Assembly (NCBI GenBank): GCA_964383495.1
Contig: CAYLHG010000007.1
Coordinates: 2,861 to 66,860, forward strand
Source: an uncultured Gammaproteobacteria bacterium
Lineage (GTDB): Bacteria > Pseudomonadota > Gammaproteobacteria > JABCZS01
Reading direction: 5' to 3'
Length of the DNA: 64,000 bases
Shown: positions 27,449-37,077 of the stretch, piece by piece
Layout of the letters: every line of letters begins with the position of its first letter
Numbering within the stretch: the stretch's first letter is position 1
The notes under the pieces: model-generated
Seen by the model: only the letters and a program-made list of their open reading frames with translations
Told to the model about the DNA's origin: nothing
Database searches by the model: none
Program-made: the position numbers and the translations under genes

Positions 27449-28474
27449 GTGGGATTTTTTGTGACAACTGAACACACGCGACATGGCCAATTTGAAAACT
27501 GGCTGAAAGCTAACCTTCCCAATGAACAAGTGGAGCTTATCCCTCTGCCCGGTGATGCAAGTTTTCGCCACTATTTTAGACTGCGCGAGCACCCAAATTG
27601 GCTGGCTGTGGATGCGCCGCCAGAGCATGAAAAAACCATTGAGTTCGTGCGTGTCGCAGAAGCTTACGCCGCGCTAGGGGTCCATGTACCGCAAATCTTG
27701 GCCTACAATACTGCACTAGGGTTTTTAATTGTGAGTGATTTAGGCAATACATCGTACTTACAAGCGTTGAGTAATGCCCCAGGAAGTGCAAATAAATTAT
27801 ACCAAGAGGCATTATCCAGTTTAGTACGTATTACTTGCTGCAAACCTTCTGATGCATTACCGCTTGAAACGTTTGATGCCCATTTCATGAATACTGAATT
27901 ACAATTTTTTACACAATGGTTTTTAAAAGATTATTTGAAAATTAATATTACGCCTGCTATTCACGCATTACTCGATAAAACTTATACCAAATTAATTGAA
28001 CGTGCAGAAAATCAGCAACAAGTGTGTATTCATCGTGATTACCATTCGCGCAATTTAATTGTATGTGATGCTGGGAGAAATCCGGGCGTGATCGATTTTC
28101 AAGATGCCATGATGGGCCCCATCACGTACGATTGCGTTTCATTATTGCGAGATGCTTACATCAGCTGGCCTGCTGAACAAGTGCAATCTTTGGCACGGTT
28201 TTTTTATGAAAATTTAAAAGAAACACATAAAGAATATTGTCATAGCTTTGAACATTTTTATCATGATTTTGAATGGATGGGCATGCAACGTCATTTAAAA
28301 GCTATTTTCATTTTTGCACGAAAATATTTGCGTGATGATAATCCAAATTATTTAGGCGATATTCCACGCACACTAAATTATGTACGAACAGTTGCAAAAA
28401 ATGACCATGCATTTCGCGACTTCAATGATTTTATCGAAACAGAAGTTGTTGAACGCGTAGGAGGCTTAGCATGA
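27449..28474 (+). CDS. amgK: Aminoglycoside-phosphotransferase-fold kinase, AmgK-like (anomeric MurNAc/GlcNAc kinase)
   Basis: The APH-fold motifs HRDYHSRNL and IDFQD (Brenner and DFG-like) are present. It is divergent from lptD and overlaps the murU-like gene by 4 nt, as in pseudomonads. The start is a GTG. Confidence 0.7.
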   Translation: MGFFVTTEHTRHGQFENWLKANLPNEQVELIPLPGDASFRHYFRLREHPNWLAVDAPPEHEKTIEFVRVAEAYAALGVHVPQILAYNTALGFLIVSDLGNTSYLQALSNAPGSANKLYQEALSSLVRITCCKPSDALPLETFDAHFMNTELQFFTQWFLKDYLKINITPAIHALLDKTYTKLIERAENQQQVCIHRDYHSRNLIVCDAGRNPGVIDFQDAMMGPITYDCVSLLRDAYISWPAEQVQSLARFFYENLKETHKEYCHSFEHFYHDFEWMGMQRHLKAIFIFARKYLRDDNPNYLGDIPRTLNYVRTVAKNDHAFRDFNDFIETEVVERVGGLA

Positions 28475-29136
28475 AAGCCATGATCTTAGCTGCAGGTTTT
28501 GGCACACGCATGAGGCCACTGACAAATCACACACCAAAACCTTTATTGATGTTAGCTGGAAAGCCATTAATTGTTCACACGCTGTTAAGATGCAAAGCAG
28601 CAGGCATTACTGATATTGTGATCAATGTGTCATACCTTGCTGATCAAATCAAATCCATTTTACAGGATGGCAGCCATTGGGGTGTGCATATTCGTTATTC
28701 TGATGAAGCAACACCATTAGGCTCGGTCGGAGGCATGGTGCATGCATTACCTTTATTAGATGATGAAGCTTTTATCATCACAAGCGCGGATGTATTTACT
28801 CATTATGATTTCAACAAATTAATTCAAAAAGCACCGAATATCACACATGCACATTTAGTGATGTGTAATCATCCGCCCCACCATTTATACCATCTTGATG
28901 ATCAAGGTTTGATTACACTCGAAGGCAAACCCAAATTAGATTATGCTGGCTTTGGTATTTTCAATCCATCCATATTAAAAAATTTACCTGAAGGCCATAT
29001 GGAGCTACCACCACTTCTGAACCCTTACATTTTAGAGCGGAAAATCACGGGCGAATATTTTGAAGGCGAATGGCACAATTTAGGCACGCCTAAACAATAT
29101 GAAGCATTATGTGAGCAAATGGTGGCTTCATCATGA
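28471..29136 (+). CDS. murU: Nucleotidyltransferase, MurU-like (MurNAc-alpha-1-P uridylyltransferase)
   Basis: The N-terminal MILAAGFGTRMRPLT is a sugar-nucleotidyltransferase motif. Length is 221 aa and the gene is coupled to the amgK-like gene. Confidence 0.7.
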   Translation: MKAMILAAGFGTRMRPLTNHTPKPLLMLAGKPLIVHTLLRCKAAGITDIVINVSYLADQIKSILQDGSHWGVHIRYSDEATPLGSVGGMVHALPLLDDEAFIITSADVFTHYDFNKLIQKAPNITHAHLVMCNHPPHHLYHLDDQGLITLEGKPKLDYAGFGIFNPSILKNLPEGHMELPPLLNPYILERKITGEYFEGEWHNLGTPKQYEALCEQMVASS

Positions 29137-29957
29137 TATTCCTCGGCCGCATTATCGGAACATTATTGGGCTATTTAATGGCGCGCATCCCTGGTGCTAT
29201 TATTGGCTTTTTAATTGGTTATGCGTTTGATAAAGCCATCAAGCAACAAGCGGTTGTTTCAAGTTTGTTCAGTGGCAACATAAAACGCGAAAAAACACAG
29301 TCCGTATTTTTAAAAGCAACTTTCCAAATCATTGGCCACGTTGCAAAATCAGACGGACGCGTGAGTGAAACTGAAATTCAAGAGGTGGAGCGCATCATGC
29401 ACCAACTTCGCTTACAAGGCGAAGCACGACAAACAGCCATTGAATATTTCAAAGAAGGAAAATCTGCAGAATTTAATTTAGATAATACTTTAAATAAATT
29501 AATCGCCGCATTAGGCAACCAACAATTATTGATCACCATGTTTATTGAAATCCAATTACAAGCTGCTTACGCAGAAGGTTATTTAACAGATGGCAAGCGC
29601 GCAAAATTGGTTTACATTTCTGAACGATTAGGATTTAATCGCGTTGCATTTGCACGGTTAAACAGTATGCATCAAGCTGAAGAAAAATTCAGAGACTATC
29701 AACGAAAACATTTTCATCAACAATATCAAAAAATGCATCAAGGATCTGCATTGTCTGAAGCTTATAAAGTATTAGGCATAGAAAAAACTGCCAATGATAA
29801 TGATGTGAAAAAAGCATATCGCAAATTAATGAGCATGCACCATCCAGATAAATTGATTGCAAAAGGTTTGCCTCCTGAAATGATTCGCCTTGCAACGGAA
29901 AAAACACAAGAAATTAAATCTGCTTATGAATTGATTATTGAAGCTCGCGCTAAATAA
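29133..29957 (+). CDS. djlA: Co-chaperone DjlA (membrane-anchored J-domain protein)
   Basis: It has an N-terminal TM segment, a TerB-like middle region, and a C-terminal J domain with AYRKLMSMHHPDK (HPD). Confidence 0.85.
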   Translation: MIFLGRIIGTLLGYLMARIPGAIIGFLIGYAFDKAIKQQAVVSSLFSGNIKREKTQSVFLKATFQIIGHVAKSDGRVSETEIQEVERIMHQLRLQGEARQTAIEYFKEGKSAEFNLDNTLNKLIAALGNQQLLITMFIEIQLQAAYAEGYLTDGKRAKLVYISERLGFNRVAFARLNSMHQAEEKFRDYQRKHFHQQYQKMHQGSALSEAYKVLGIEKTANDNDVKKAYRKLMSMHHPDKLIAKGLPPEMIRLATEKTQEIKSAYELIIEARAK

Positions 29958-29966
29958 GGAGAAAAC

Positions 29967-30647
29967 ATGTCACTATTTGCTAAACAACCCACCATCATCG
30001 CCCCTTCTATTTTATCTGCACGTTTTGGACGGCTCGCGGAAGAAGTAACCAATGTGATTGACGCAGGCGCTGATTGGATACATTTTGATGTGATGGATAA
30101 TCATTTCGTGCCTAATTTAACCGTAGGCCCGATGGTCTGCAAAGCACTGCGTGATGAAGGTGTCAAAGCCCCGATTGACGTGCATTTAATGGTGACACCG
30201 GTTGATTCATTAATCACACCTTTTGTAGAAGCCGGTGCAAATATGATTACATTTCACCCAGAAGCTTCTTTTCACGTTCACCGCACCTTACAACATATTC
30301 GATCTTTAGGATGCCATGCGGGGATTGCATTAAATCCTGCAACACCCGTTGAAGTATTAGCAGATATTTTGCCTGATGTAGACATGATTTTAGTAATGTC
30401 AGTGAATCCTGGCTTTGGCGGGCAAGCTTTTATTCCGCAAATATTACATAAAATTGAACGCATACGAAAAATGATTGATGCCTGCGGGAAATCTATTCGT
30501 TTGGAAGTAGATGGCGGCGTTAATCTTGATAATATTCGCGCTATTTATGATGCGGGTGCAGATACATTTGTGATGGGAACAGCCATTTTTGGAAGCAAAG
30601 ATGGCTATCCCCAAACACTGGAGAAAATTAAACAGTTATTGAAGTAG
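29967..30647 (+). CDS. rpe: Ribulose-phosphate 3-epimerase
   Basis: The motifs [31 protein letters not shown] and EVDGG are typical of Rpe. Confidence 0.95.
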   Translation: MSLFAKQPTIIAPSILSARFGRLAEEVTNVIDAGADWIHFDVMDNHFVPNLTVGPMVCKALRDEGVKAPIDVHLMVTPVDSLITPFVEAGANMITFHPEASFHVHRTLQHIRSLGCHAGIALNPATPVEVLADILPDVDMILVMSVNPGFGGQAFIPQILHKIERIRKMIDACGKSIRLEVDGGVNLDNIRAIYDAGADTFVMGTAIFGSKDGYPQTLEKIKQLLK

Positions 30648-31784
30648 CGGTTTACTACTCACTACCGCTGAGCCTCTATTATGATCACTCAAAGATGGTT
30701 TTGATAACAATATTTTTCCTCCTTCTACATAAGTAGTACGTTTTTGCATCTGCTGTTGATGCAATGTTACTGCTATCGTCGCTAACAAAGACAATACTAT
30801 TGTTGTCGATACAAAGACCAATATTCCTGTTTCTGTGAGCGGGCTATCATGCAATTCAGTATTTTTTGGCATCGCTTGAGAAATAGCAAAGCATAATCCA
30901 AGCCCTATCCCCGCACCTAATGATCCCCCTATTAATGCTGCCAATACCCTATTTTCAATATTTATAGCAGGATTTGTAGCCTCTAACATAAATTTCTCTT
31001 TTAAAAAAAACGCTGTGAACAGAGAAAACAAACCAAGCCAGCTTGAAATTATAACAAAGCAAAGCATCTCTACGTCATCCTTCCAATCACATATAATTAA
31101 ATAAGGCCCCAATGGTATGAGAGCAACGCTTGCACTCATTAATGTGCAATCTAAAATAACTTTTTCAGCACCAATGATCATAGGTGTTGGCAAGATATAT
31201 GGATATGGATGAGTAAATGTTGCGATTGGAACTTTATAGTTTATCCAATCAACAATCACGCCATCCAATGTTGTATTATCTGTAATAGCTCCTACTCTAT
31301 TTGCATAAGCGCGCAACGCTTGATAAGCTACATTTAATTCAATATTTAAGCCATCAAAATAAACATAATCAACATTTTTTTTCCACCGATATAATTGATT
31401 TACTTCTGGCACATACTCATATACACCTTCTTCCACATCTTTTTCAATTACCTTACCTTTCTTTAAGATCATAGGATCAATACACAAAGTACTACTATAT
31501 GAATTTAGAATGATTTCAATCAGACTTTGATGTGCAATTGCTTCAGCAATTTGATTTTCAGCTTCTCGTGCTTTTTTCAACAGTTTTTCATACAAAAAAA
31601 TTTGCTCTTCAAACAAATGCAATTCTCGAAAAGCTTTGCATAACGTTTGAGCAAGTGCTGCTAAAATTTCTAGCCCATTCTGAGCATTAACCAACTCTGT
31701 CGAGGGTAATTTAGCTTCTATGGTTGTCAGAAGCTCCATTTCTATTTCGTTTGAACCTCTCATCATTGCCTCTCCTCTTTGCAT
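30636..31784 (-). CDS. Hypothetical protein: helical N-terminal half and a C-terminal half with about 4 TM segments
   Basis: The 382-aa ORF has no recognisable motif. Its stop overlaps the 3' end of convergent rpe by 12 nt. The start is uncertain (alternative Met 7 or 8). Confidence 0.5.
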   Translation of the reverse strand: MQRGEAMMRGSNEIEMELLTTIEAKLPSTELVNAQNGLEILAALAQTLCKAFRELHLFEEQIFLYEKLLKKAREAENQIAEAIAHQSLIEIILNSYSSTLCIDPMILKKGKVIEKDVEEGVYEYVPEVNQLYRWKKNVDYVYFDGLNIELNVAYQALRAYANRVGAITDNTTLDGVIVDWINYKVPIATFTHPYPYILPTPMIIGAEKVILDCTLMSASVALIPLGPYLIICDWKDDVEMLCFVIISSWLGLFSLFTAFFLKEKFMLEATNPAINIENRVLAALIGGSLGAGIGLGLCFAISQAMPKNTELHDSPLTETGILVFVSTTIVLSLLATIAVTLHQQQMQKRTTYVEGGKILLSKPSLSDHNRGSAVVSSKPLLQ

Positions 31785-31871
31785 CTTGGCTTAGTATGTC
31801 CGCCTGCCTATTGAAAAACAATACTCATAAATGGTATTCTATTGTTTCTTTTATTGAACAATAGGCTGCCC

Positions 31872-32780
31872 ATGATAGAGTACGCATTATCATTTGTATC
31901 GGTTGTTAAGGCAGGCGGATTCTCAGCAGCAGCAAAAAATACTGGTATTTCAAAAGGTTGTCTGAGCCGCCACGTTAGCCAATTGGAGACCTTATTGGGC
32001 ATTTCCCTGCTACACAGGACTACTCGCTCTGTGTTACTAACTGAAGATGGCAAACGCTTTTTTGAGGCTTGCCAATCAATTGAAGAGGATTATCAAGAAG
32101 CGATTAATAACATCACGCAAAATTTTAAAGGGATGGAAGGCACGCTACGCATCACGGCTCCTATTGATTTTGGGATTCAATTTTTGCCCAGTGTTGTTGA
32201 TGAATTTTCAAAACAATATCCTAAAATGAATGTGATGATTTCTTTATCTAATGTCAACGAAATGATTATTGAAAATAATTATGATCTTGCTATCAGGATT
32301 GCCAACCAATTACCTGATTCTAATTTACGCATGAACACTCTTTTTTCGTTCAAACGTCTTTTTTGTGCTTCACCTTTTTATCTTAAGAAAAATAAAAATC
32401 CAACAACACTAGAAGCCTTACAAGAGCATCGTTGCATCACATCAGTTAATAGAAACGTTAATACAATTAAACCTCAATGGCAATTTTACATCAACAAAAA
32501 AATGGTTAATTACCCATTGAATCACTATATTGAAGTAGATAGTTTATTTGCACAAAAAGATCTTATTAACCGAGGCTGTGGCATTGGTAGATTACCGAAT
32601 TATTTTATTCAAAAAGAATTAGAATCTGGGGAGTTAATTGAAATATTATCTCACATTGAAAAGCCAAATTCATATGTGTATTTATTATATCCTGATGGCG
32701 CAGGCATACCTCAAAAAACGCGTATATTTATTGATTTCCTCAAATCTCGTTATCATGCTGATGATATTAAGGTGAAATAA
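31872..32780 (+). CDS. LysR-family transcriptional regulator
   Basis: The N-terminal wHTH is FVSVVKAGGFSAAAKNTGISKGCLSRHVSQLE, followed by a LysR substrate-binding domain. I prefer the ATG at 31872; the ORF track starts at 31842. Confidence 0.85.
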   Translation: MIEYALSFVSVVKAGGFSAAAKNTGISKGCLSRHVSQLETLLGISLLHRTTRSVLLTEDGKRFFEACQSIEEDYQEAINNITQNFKGMEGTLRITAPIDFGIQFLPSVVDEFSKQYPKMNVMISLSNVNEMIIENNYDLAIRIANQLPDSNLRMNTLFSFKRLFCASPFYLKKNKNPTTLEALQEHRCITSVNRNVNTIKPQWQFYINKKMVNYPLNHYIEVDSLFAQKDLINRGCGIGRLPNYFIQKELESGELIEILSHIEKPNSYVYLLYPDGAGIPQKTRIFIDFLKSRYHADDIKVK

Positions 32781-32804
32781 TGTTGATTTTTCAGAACATA
32801 CTAC

Positions 32805-34037
32805 TTAATCTTTAACCAAAGAAAACGCAGAATCCATCCGCTCTATTTCTCTTTTCTTAATTCCAAATTTTTCTGCCTCTAATTTCCAATTTGATAAAAC
32901 GTGTTGAAGATCATGAACAATAACATTTGCTTCATCTTTATCAAGATCAAAATAACTTGCCACACTTAATACATGTTCAATTGTTCCTGTGCCATCATGA
33001 AAATCAATATACGTAGATAAGATACGAGGCTTAACATCCAAGGGCACAGGATTTAAATCATAGGCAGGAGATAAATGCCACCCTCGATCTCTATCGTATA
33101 AAAAAGCATGATTCCTCAAATGATCATCTGTATTTGAAATCAATACATTAAATAGCATACGGCGCCACAACTGTTTTAGATCTTTTTCAGGATACGACCC
33201 ATATTGCCTAATAGCATCTGCTAAATCCAAATAGCTACCCGCTTCATTATCATTCGCATTCAACATGCTCATCGCAGACAAAAACGGGATACGCGCTGTT
33301 TTTTTTCGATCAAAACGTTTCGATAGTAATACAGGCAATTCATTTACGATATTTATCTTAAAATCAGGAACTGTAATGCCACACATTTTTGCTAACATCA
33401 GCGCAACGGCTTCCCACCTAACAACATCTATTTCATCTTGTACCAATGGGAATTTAGCAATCATTAAATGACCATCCAGATCGCGAACCGATGCTTTAGG
33501 CCTCGCTCCGCCCAAAGAAGAACCTGGAGCAAGCAATAATCTGAGATCTTCATACGAACCTGAATCATCATTAATATGTTGAGATGCCGTTAATAACTTC
33601 GGCAAATCCAATAAAGGCGGGATGGATGTATCATTCTTATCTGCTAAAAAAGGTCCTCCTAATTTTTCTGCAAAACGTAATGCTCCCATTCTAGCTTCAT
33701 CATTGACTTGCAATAAATAATCAATTTCCATTAATGTCCGAGGCAACTCTTTTGCTGCGGCTGCGCGCTGACGTTCAGCGCGCCTCATTAAAGCTCTTCC
33801 CCAACGATCAGGCGCAGAATCACTTAATGAAGCGAATATTTTTTTATCAGTATGATACGATCCACCCCCCTGTGCAAGTAAAGGTTCAATAGCAAAAAAA
33901 TTTGGATTCTGTAACCAATTTTGATTATATTCAAAAGAAGCGCTTTCAATTTTTTTACGTACACGTGTCCATAATTTTCCTACCAATAAGGGGGAATTAT
34001 CAATATCTAAATAAACCCAGATCAATTTTTCCATCAC
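32805..34037 (-). CDS. hipA: Type II toxin HipA-family Ser/Thr kinase
   Basis: It has a HipA N-domain followed by a kinase core with LGGARPK and the catalytic NTDDHLRNHAF. Length is 410 aa. It lies 11 nt downstream of an HTH antitoxin gene. Confidence 0.85.
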   Translation of the reverse strand: MMEKLIWVYLDIDNSPLLVGKLWTRVRKKIESASFEYNQNWLQNPNFFAIEPLLAQGGGSYHTDKKIFASLSDSAPDRWGRALMRRAERQRAAAAKELPRTLMEIDYLLQVNDEARMGALRFAEKLGGPFLADKNDTSIPPLLDLPKLLTASQHINDDSGSYEDLRLLLAPGSSLGGARPKASVRDLDGHLMIAKFPLVQDEIDVVRWEAVALMLAKMCGITVPDFKINIVNELPVLLSKRFDRKKTARIPFLSAMSMLNANDNEAGSYLDLADAIRQYGSYPEKDLKQLWRRMLFNVLISNTDDHLRNHAFLYDRDRGWHLSPAYDLNPVPLDVKPRILSTYIDFHDGTGTIEHVLSVASYFDLDKDEANVIVHDLQHVLSNWKLEAEKFGIKKREIERMDSAFSLVKD

Positions 34038-34048
34038 TGCATACCTTC

Positions 34049-34366
34049 TTACTCATCTTCTTTAGGCTGCTTCGGCAAATGTATTCTTTTTGGTAATCGT
34101 TCCTCATCTATGAATTGCCCTACGCGATCAAATCGAATATCTGCCAATTCATTTACCCGATCCAGCATGCCTAGCACAAATAACACGCGTATGTAATAAA
34201 CGATCGCTACGTTCGGAGCGCCTTTTTCAATCTTACTCAACGTAGCACGACTAATGTCTGCACGTTCCGCCATTAACTGGGTAGGAATGCGACGACGCCT
34301 CCTAGCGTCCTTGATATCTTCTCCTAATTTACGTAATGCTCTTATTGCTGAGATAGGGGTTGCCAT
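34049..34366 (-). CDS. hipB: XRE-family HTH antitoxin (HipB-like)
   Basis: The 105-aa product has the HTH segment QLMAERADISRATLSKIEKG and sits immediately upstream of hipA. Confidence 0.75.
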   Translation of the reverse strand: MATPISAIRALRKLGEDIKDARRRRRIPTQLMAERADISRATLSKIEKGAPNVAIVYYIRVLFVLGMLDRVNELADIRFDRVGQFIDEERLPKRIHLPKQPKEDE

Positions 34367-34411
34367 TTAATGTTCTCTATCAGACGCGTTATCCTTCATA
34401 TTGTATATAAT

Positions 34412-34454
34412 AGTATACATTATTTAATAACTCAACATTTTATTAATGTATACT
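34412..34454. promoter_or_regulatory. Perfect 11-bp inverted repeat in the hipBA promoter region (candidate operator)
   Basis: AGTATACATTA (34412-34422) and TAATGTATACT (34444-34454) are exact reverse complements separated by 21 nt. They lie 46-88 nt upstream of the hipB-like start. Confidence 0.5.
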
Positions 34455-34615
34455 ACCATCGCAGTATAGATTACGCTTTTCTTATCTTTATTCTGTAGAA
34501 ATCGAGCAATCCCGCTACATTTACTGCCTTATCAGTAACCTAAACAACCGCACGCCCCCCTGGGCTTTTGCGCCAAAACCCAGTATCATTCACCTGTCCA
34601 CATAAAGGGAGCTTT

Positions 34616-34978
34616 ATGCACACATTTCCCATCATCCTGACAGGCGTTCTGCTCAATGCCATTGCTCAGCTGTGCCTTAAAGGCGGCACGCAGAAAGTAG
34701 GCGCTATCACGCTCAACAATTTAACGGCTGTTTTCTGGGATGTAGCACTTAACCCTATGATTTTAGGCGGGCTTTTTTGTTATGTGCTCAGCGTAGGCTT
34801 GTGGATTATCGCGCTTTCGCGAGTGGATGTAGGTTACGCTTACCCCATGCTAAGCCTGGGCTATGTCGTAAACGCCATTGCAGCCTATTTTCTTTTTGGG
34901 GAACAAATTTCTCTCACACGTATGGCAGGAATTGGTGTAATTATCCTAGGTGTTTATATGATTTCAAGAACTGCTTAG
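34616..34978 (+). CDS. Small four-helix membrane protein, ArnE/ArnF-like (SMR/EamA-type flippase subunit)
   Basis: MHTFPIILTGVLLNAIAQLCLKGG resembles the ArnE/ArnF N-terminus. The product is ~120 aa counted from the ATG at 34616, which has AAGGGA upstream. It lies directly upstream of arnB. Confidence 0.6.
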   Translation: MHTFPIILTGVLLNAIAQLCLKGGTQKVGAITLNNLTAVFWDVALNPMILGGLFCYVLSVGLWIIALSRVDVGYAYPMLSLGYVVNAIAAYFLFGEQISLTRMAGIGVIILGVYMISRTA

Positions 34979-34990
34979 TAAGGGGCTCAG

Positions 34991-36151
34991 ATGACACAAC
35001 CTTTTATTCCTTTTGCAAAACCTTCCATAGATGATGCAACGATTGCTGAAGTGATCAGCACATTGAGCAGCGGTTGGATTACAACCGGCCCACGTGTACA
35101 AGCATTTGAAGACGCACTTAAAATTTATTGCGATGCGCCATTTGCACAAACTGTCACAAGTGGAACAGCGGGGCTACATTTAGCACTGTTGGCGTGCGAT
35201 ATTGGGCCAGGAGATGAAGTGATCACTACTCCTTTCACATTTGCAGCCACTGCTAATACGATTGAACTTGTTGGTGCAAAGCCTATATTCGTTGATATCG
35301 ATAGCACGTTAAACATGGATTTATCAAAAATAGAAGCAGCCATCACATCCAATACAAAAGCTATTTTACCTGTGCATTTTGCAGGCCAACCTTTAAACTG
35401 CAATCAATTATACGACATCGCAAAACAACATCGATTACGTGTGATCGAAGATTGCGCGCACGCCATTGGCGCTACATTTAGTGATAAAAAATTAGGCAGC
35501 TTTGGTGATATTCAAGTTTTTAGTTTTCATCCTAATAAAAACATGACCACAGGCGAAGGTGGGTTAATTACTTCTCGTGATCAAAAATTTGCTGATCGTA
35601 TTTCTCGTTTACGTTTTCATGGCATTGACCGTGAAGTGTGGAACCGGTTCACTGCAAAGGGTTCTCAGCATTATGATGTGACTGAGCCCGGCTTTAAATA
35701 TAATATGATGGATTTACAAGCTGCGATTGGCTTGCATCAATTACCCAAACTAGATGGATTTATTGAAGCGCGCACACAATGGGCAAATCATTATAAAGCA
35801 GCATTGAAAGATATCCCAGGCCTGACATGGCCAACAGAACTACATGTTGGGAAACACGCATGGCATTTATTGATTGCTTTTATTACATCAAACGATTTAA
35901 CACGTGATGATTTTATGCAACGCCTTAAAGAAAAAGGTGTTGGAACAGGATTACATTATCAAGCAATACATCGTTTTTCTTATTATCAAGAAAAATACGG
36001 GCTCAAAGAAGGCGATTTCCCCGAAGCGGAGTGGGCAGCTGATCATGTCGTAAGCTTGCCGCTTTATCCGCACTTAGATCAAACTTCATTTGATCGTATT
36101 ATTGAAACCATTCAAAACACTTTATGCGAGGAAGCATTATGTCTGCCGTAA
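34991..36151 (+). CDS. arnB: UDP-4-amino-4-deoxy-L-arabinose--oxoglutarate aminotransferase-like (DegT/DnrJ/EryC1 family)
   Basis: The N-terminal FIPFAKPSIDDATIAEVISTLSSGWITTGPRV parallels E. coli ArnB, and the PLP-lysine region FSFHPNKNMTTGEGG is present. Confidence 0.85.
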   Translation: MTQPFIPFAKPSIDDATIAEVISTLSSGWITTGPRVQAFEDALKIYCDAPFAQTVTSGTAGLHLALLACDIGPGDEVITTPFTFAATANTIELVGAKPIFVDIDSTLNMDLSKIEAAITSNTKAILPVHFAGQPLNCNQLYDIAKQHRLRVIEDCAHAIGATFSDKKLGSFGDIQVFSFHPNKNMTTGEGGLITSRDQKFADRISRLRFHGIDREVWNRFTAKGSQHYDVTEPGFKYNMMDLQAAIGLHQLPKLDGFIEARTQWANHYKAALKDIPGLTWPTELHVGKHAWHLLIAFITSNDLTRDDFMQRLKEKGVGTGLHYQAIHRFSYYQEKYGLKEGDFPEAEWAADHVVSLPLYPHLDQTSFDRIIETIQNTLCEEALCLP

Positions 36152-37077
36152 ACATCAGTATTGTTATTCCTGTTCACAATGAAGCAGAAGTCTTACCTTC
36201 TTTATTCAAGCGTTTGCTACCTGTGATGGAAAGCCTCAATACAACTTACGAAATTATTTTAGTGAATGATGGCTCTACGGATGCCAGCGCTGCGATTTTA
36301 GATAATTATCACGAACAATATCCTGATCATATTCGCGTTATTCATTTTAATGGAAATTTTGGCCAACACATGGCGATCATGGCAGGGTTTGAACATGTGC
36401 ATGGCGAAGTTGTTATCACACTCGACGCTGATCTGCAAAATCCCCCCGAAGAAATTCCAAAATTGTGGGCACTCACACAACAAGGACATGATGTTGTCGG
36501 TGGTTACCGCATGGATAGACAAGATAGTACATGGCGTTTATATGCATCCAGATGGCACAATAAAATACGCGAAAAAATTGCACCCAGTTTGAAAATGAAA
36601 GATGAGGGTTGCATGCTTCGTGCTTACAGCAAAAAAGTAGTAGATGCCATGGTGAGCACAAAAGAAACTTCTACATTTATTCCTGCACTGGCAATGGCCT
36701 ATGCGCACAATCCAGCAGAAGTAGGCGTAAAACATGAAGCGCGCACAGAAGGCACATCCAGTTACAATTTATATAAATTGATTCGTTACAATTTTGATTT
36801 GATCACTAATTTTTCATTAGTCCCTTTGCAAATATTTACTTTTATTGGCATAGGCGTTTCTGCATTATCTACGTTATTTGTGATTTTTCTTTTCATTCGC
36901 CGTTTAATCATTGGGCCTGAAGCGGAAGGGTTGTTTACGTTATTCGCCATTTTGTTTTTATTAATGGGTATTGTATTGATGGGGCTAGGCATTGTGGGCG
37001 AATATATTGGGCGTATTTACCAAGAAGTGCGTGGTCGCCCACGGTTTGTTATTCAACGTTTGGTAGGATTTAAGTGA
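36139..37077 (+). CDS. arnC: Undecaprenyl-phosphate aminoarabinose-type glycosyltransferase (GT2), ArnC-like
   Basis: ISIVIPVHNEAEVLP...YEIILVNDGSTDAS and TLDADLQNPPEEIP parallel ArnC, and two C-terminal TM helices are present. I prefer the ATG at 36139. Confidence 0.85.
   Translation: MSAVNISIVIPVHNEAEVLPSLFKRLLPVMESLNTTYEIILVNDGSTDASAAILDNYHEQYPDHIRVIHFNGNFGQHMAIMAGFEHVHGEVVITLDADLQNPPEEIPKLWALTQQGHDVVGGYRMDRQDSTWRLYASRWHNKIREKIAPSLKMKDEGCMLRAYSKKVVDAMVSTKETSTFIPALAMAYAHNPAEVGVKHEARTEGTSSYNLYKLIRYNFDLITNFSLVPLQIFTFIGIGVSALSTLFVIFLFIRRLIIGPEAEGLFTLFAILFLLMGIVLMGLGIVGEYIGRIYQEVRGRPRFVIQRLVGFK

Noticed and set aside
34540-34585. Imperfect hairpin CTGGGCTTTT-GCGCC-AAAACCCAG upstream of the arnE/F-like gene, considered as a riboswitch, attenuator or terminator.
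   Set aside because: The stem is short and bulged with no following T-run, and I recognise no conserved riboswitch core. It also falls inside the alternative long ORF start at 34568.
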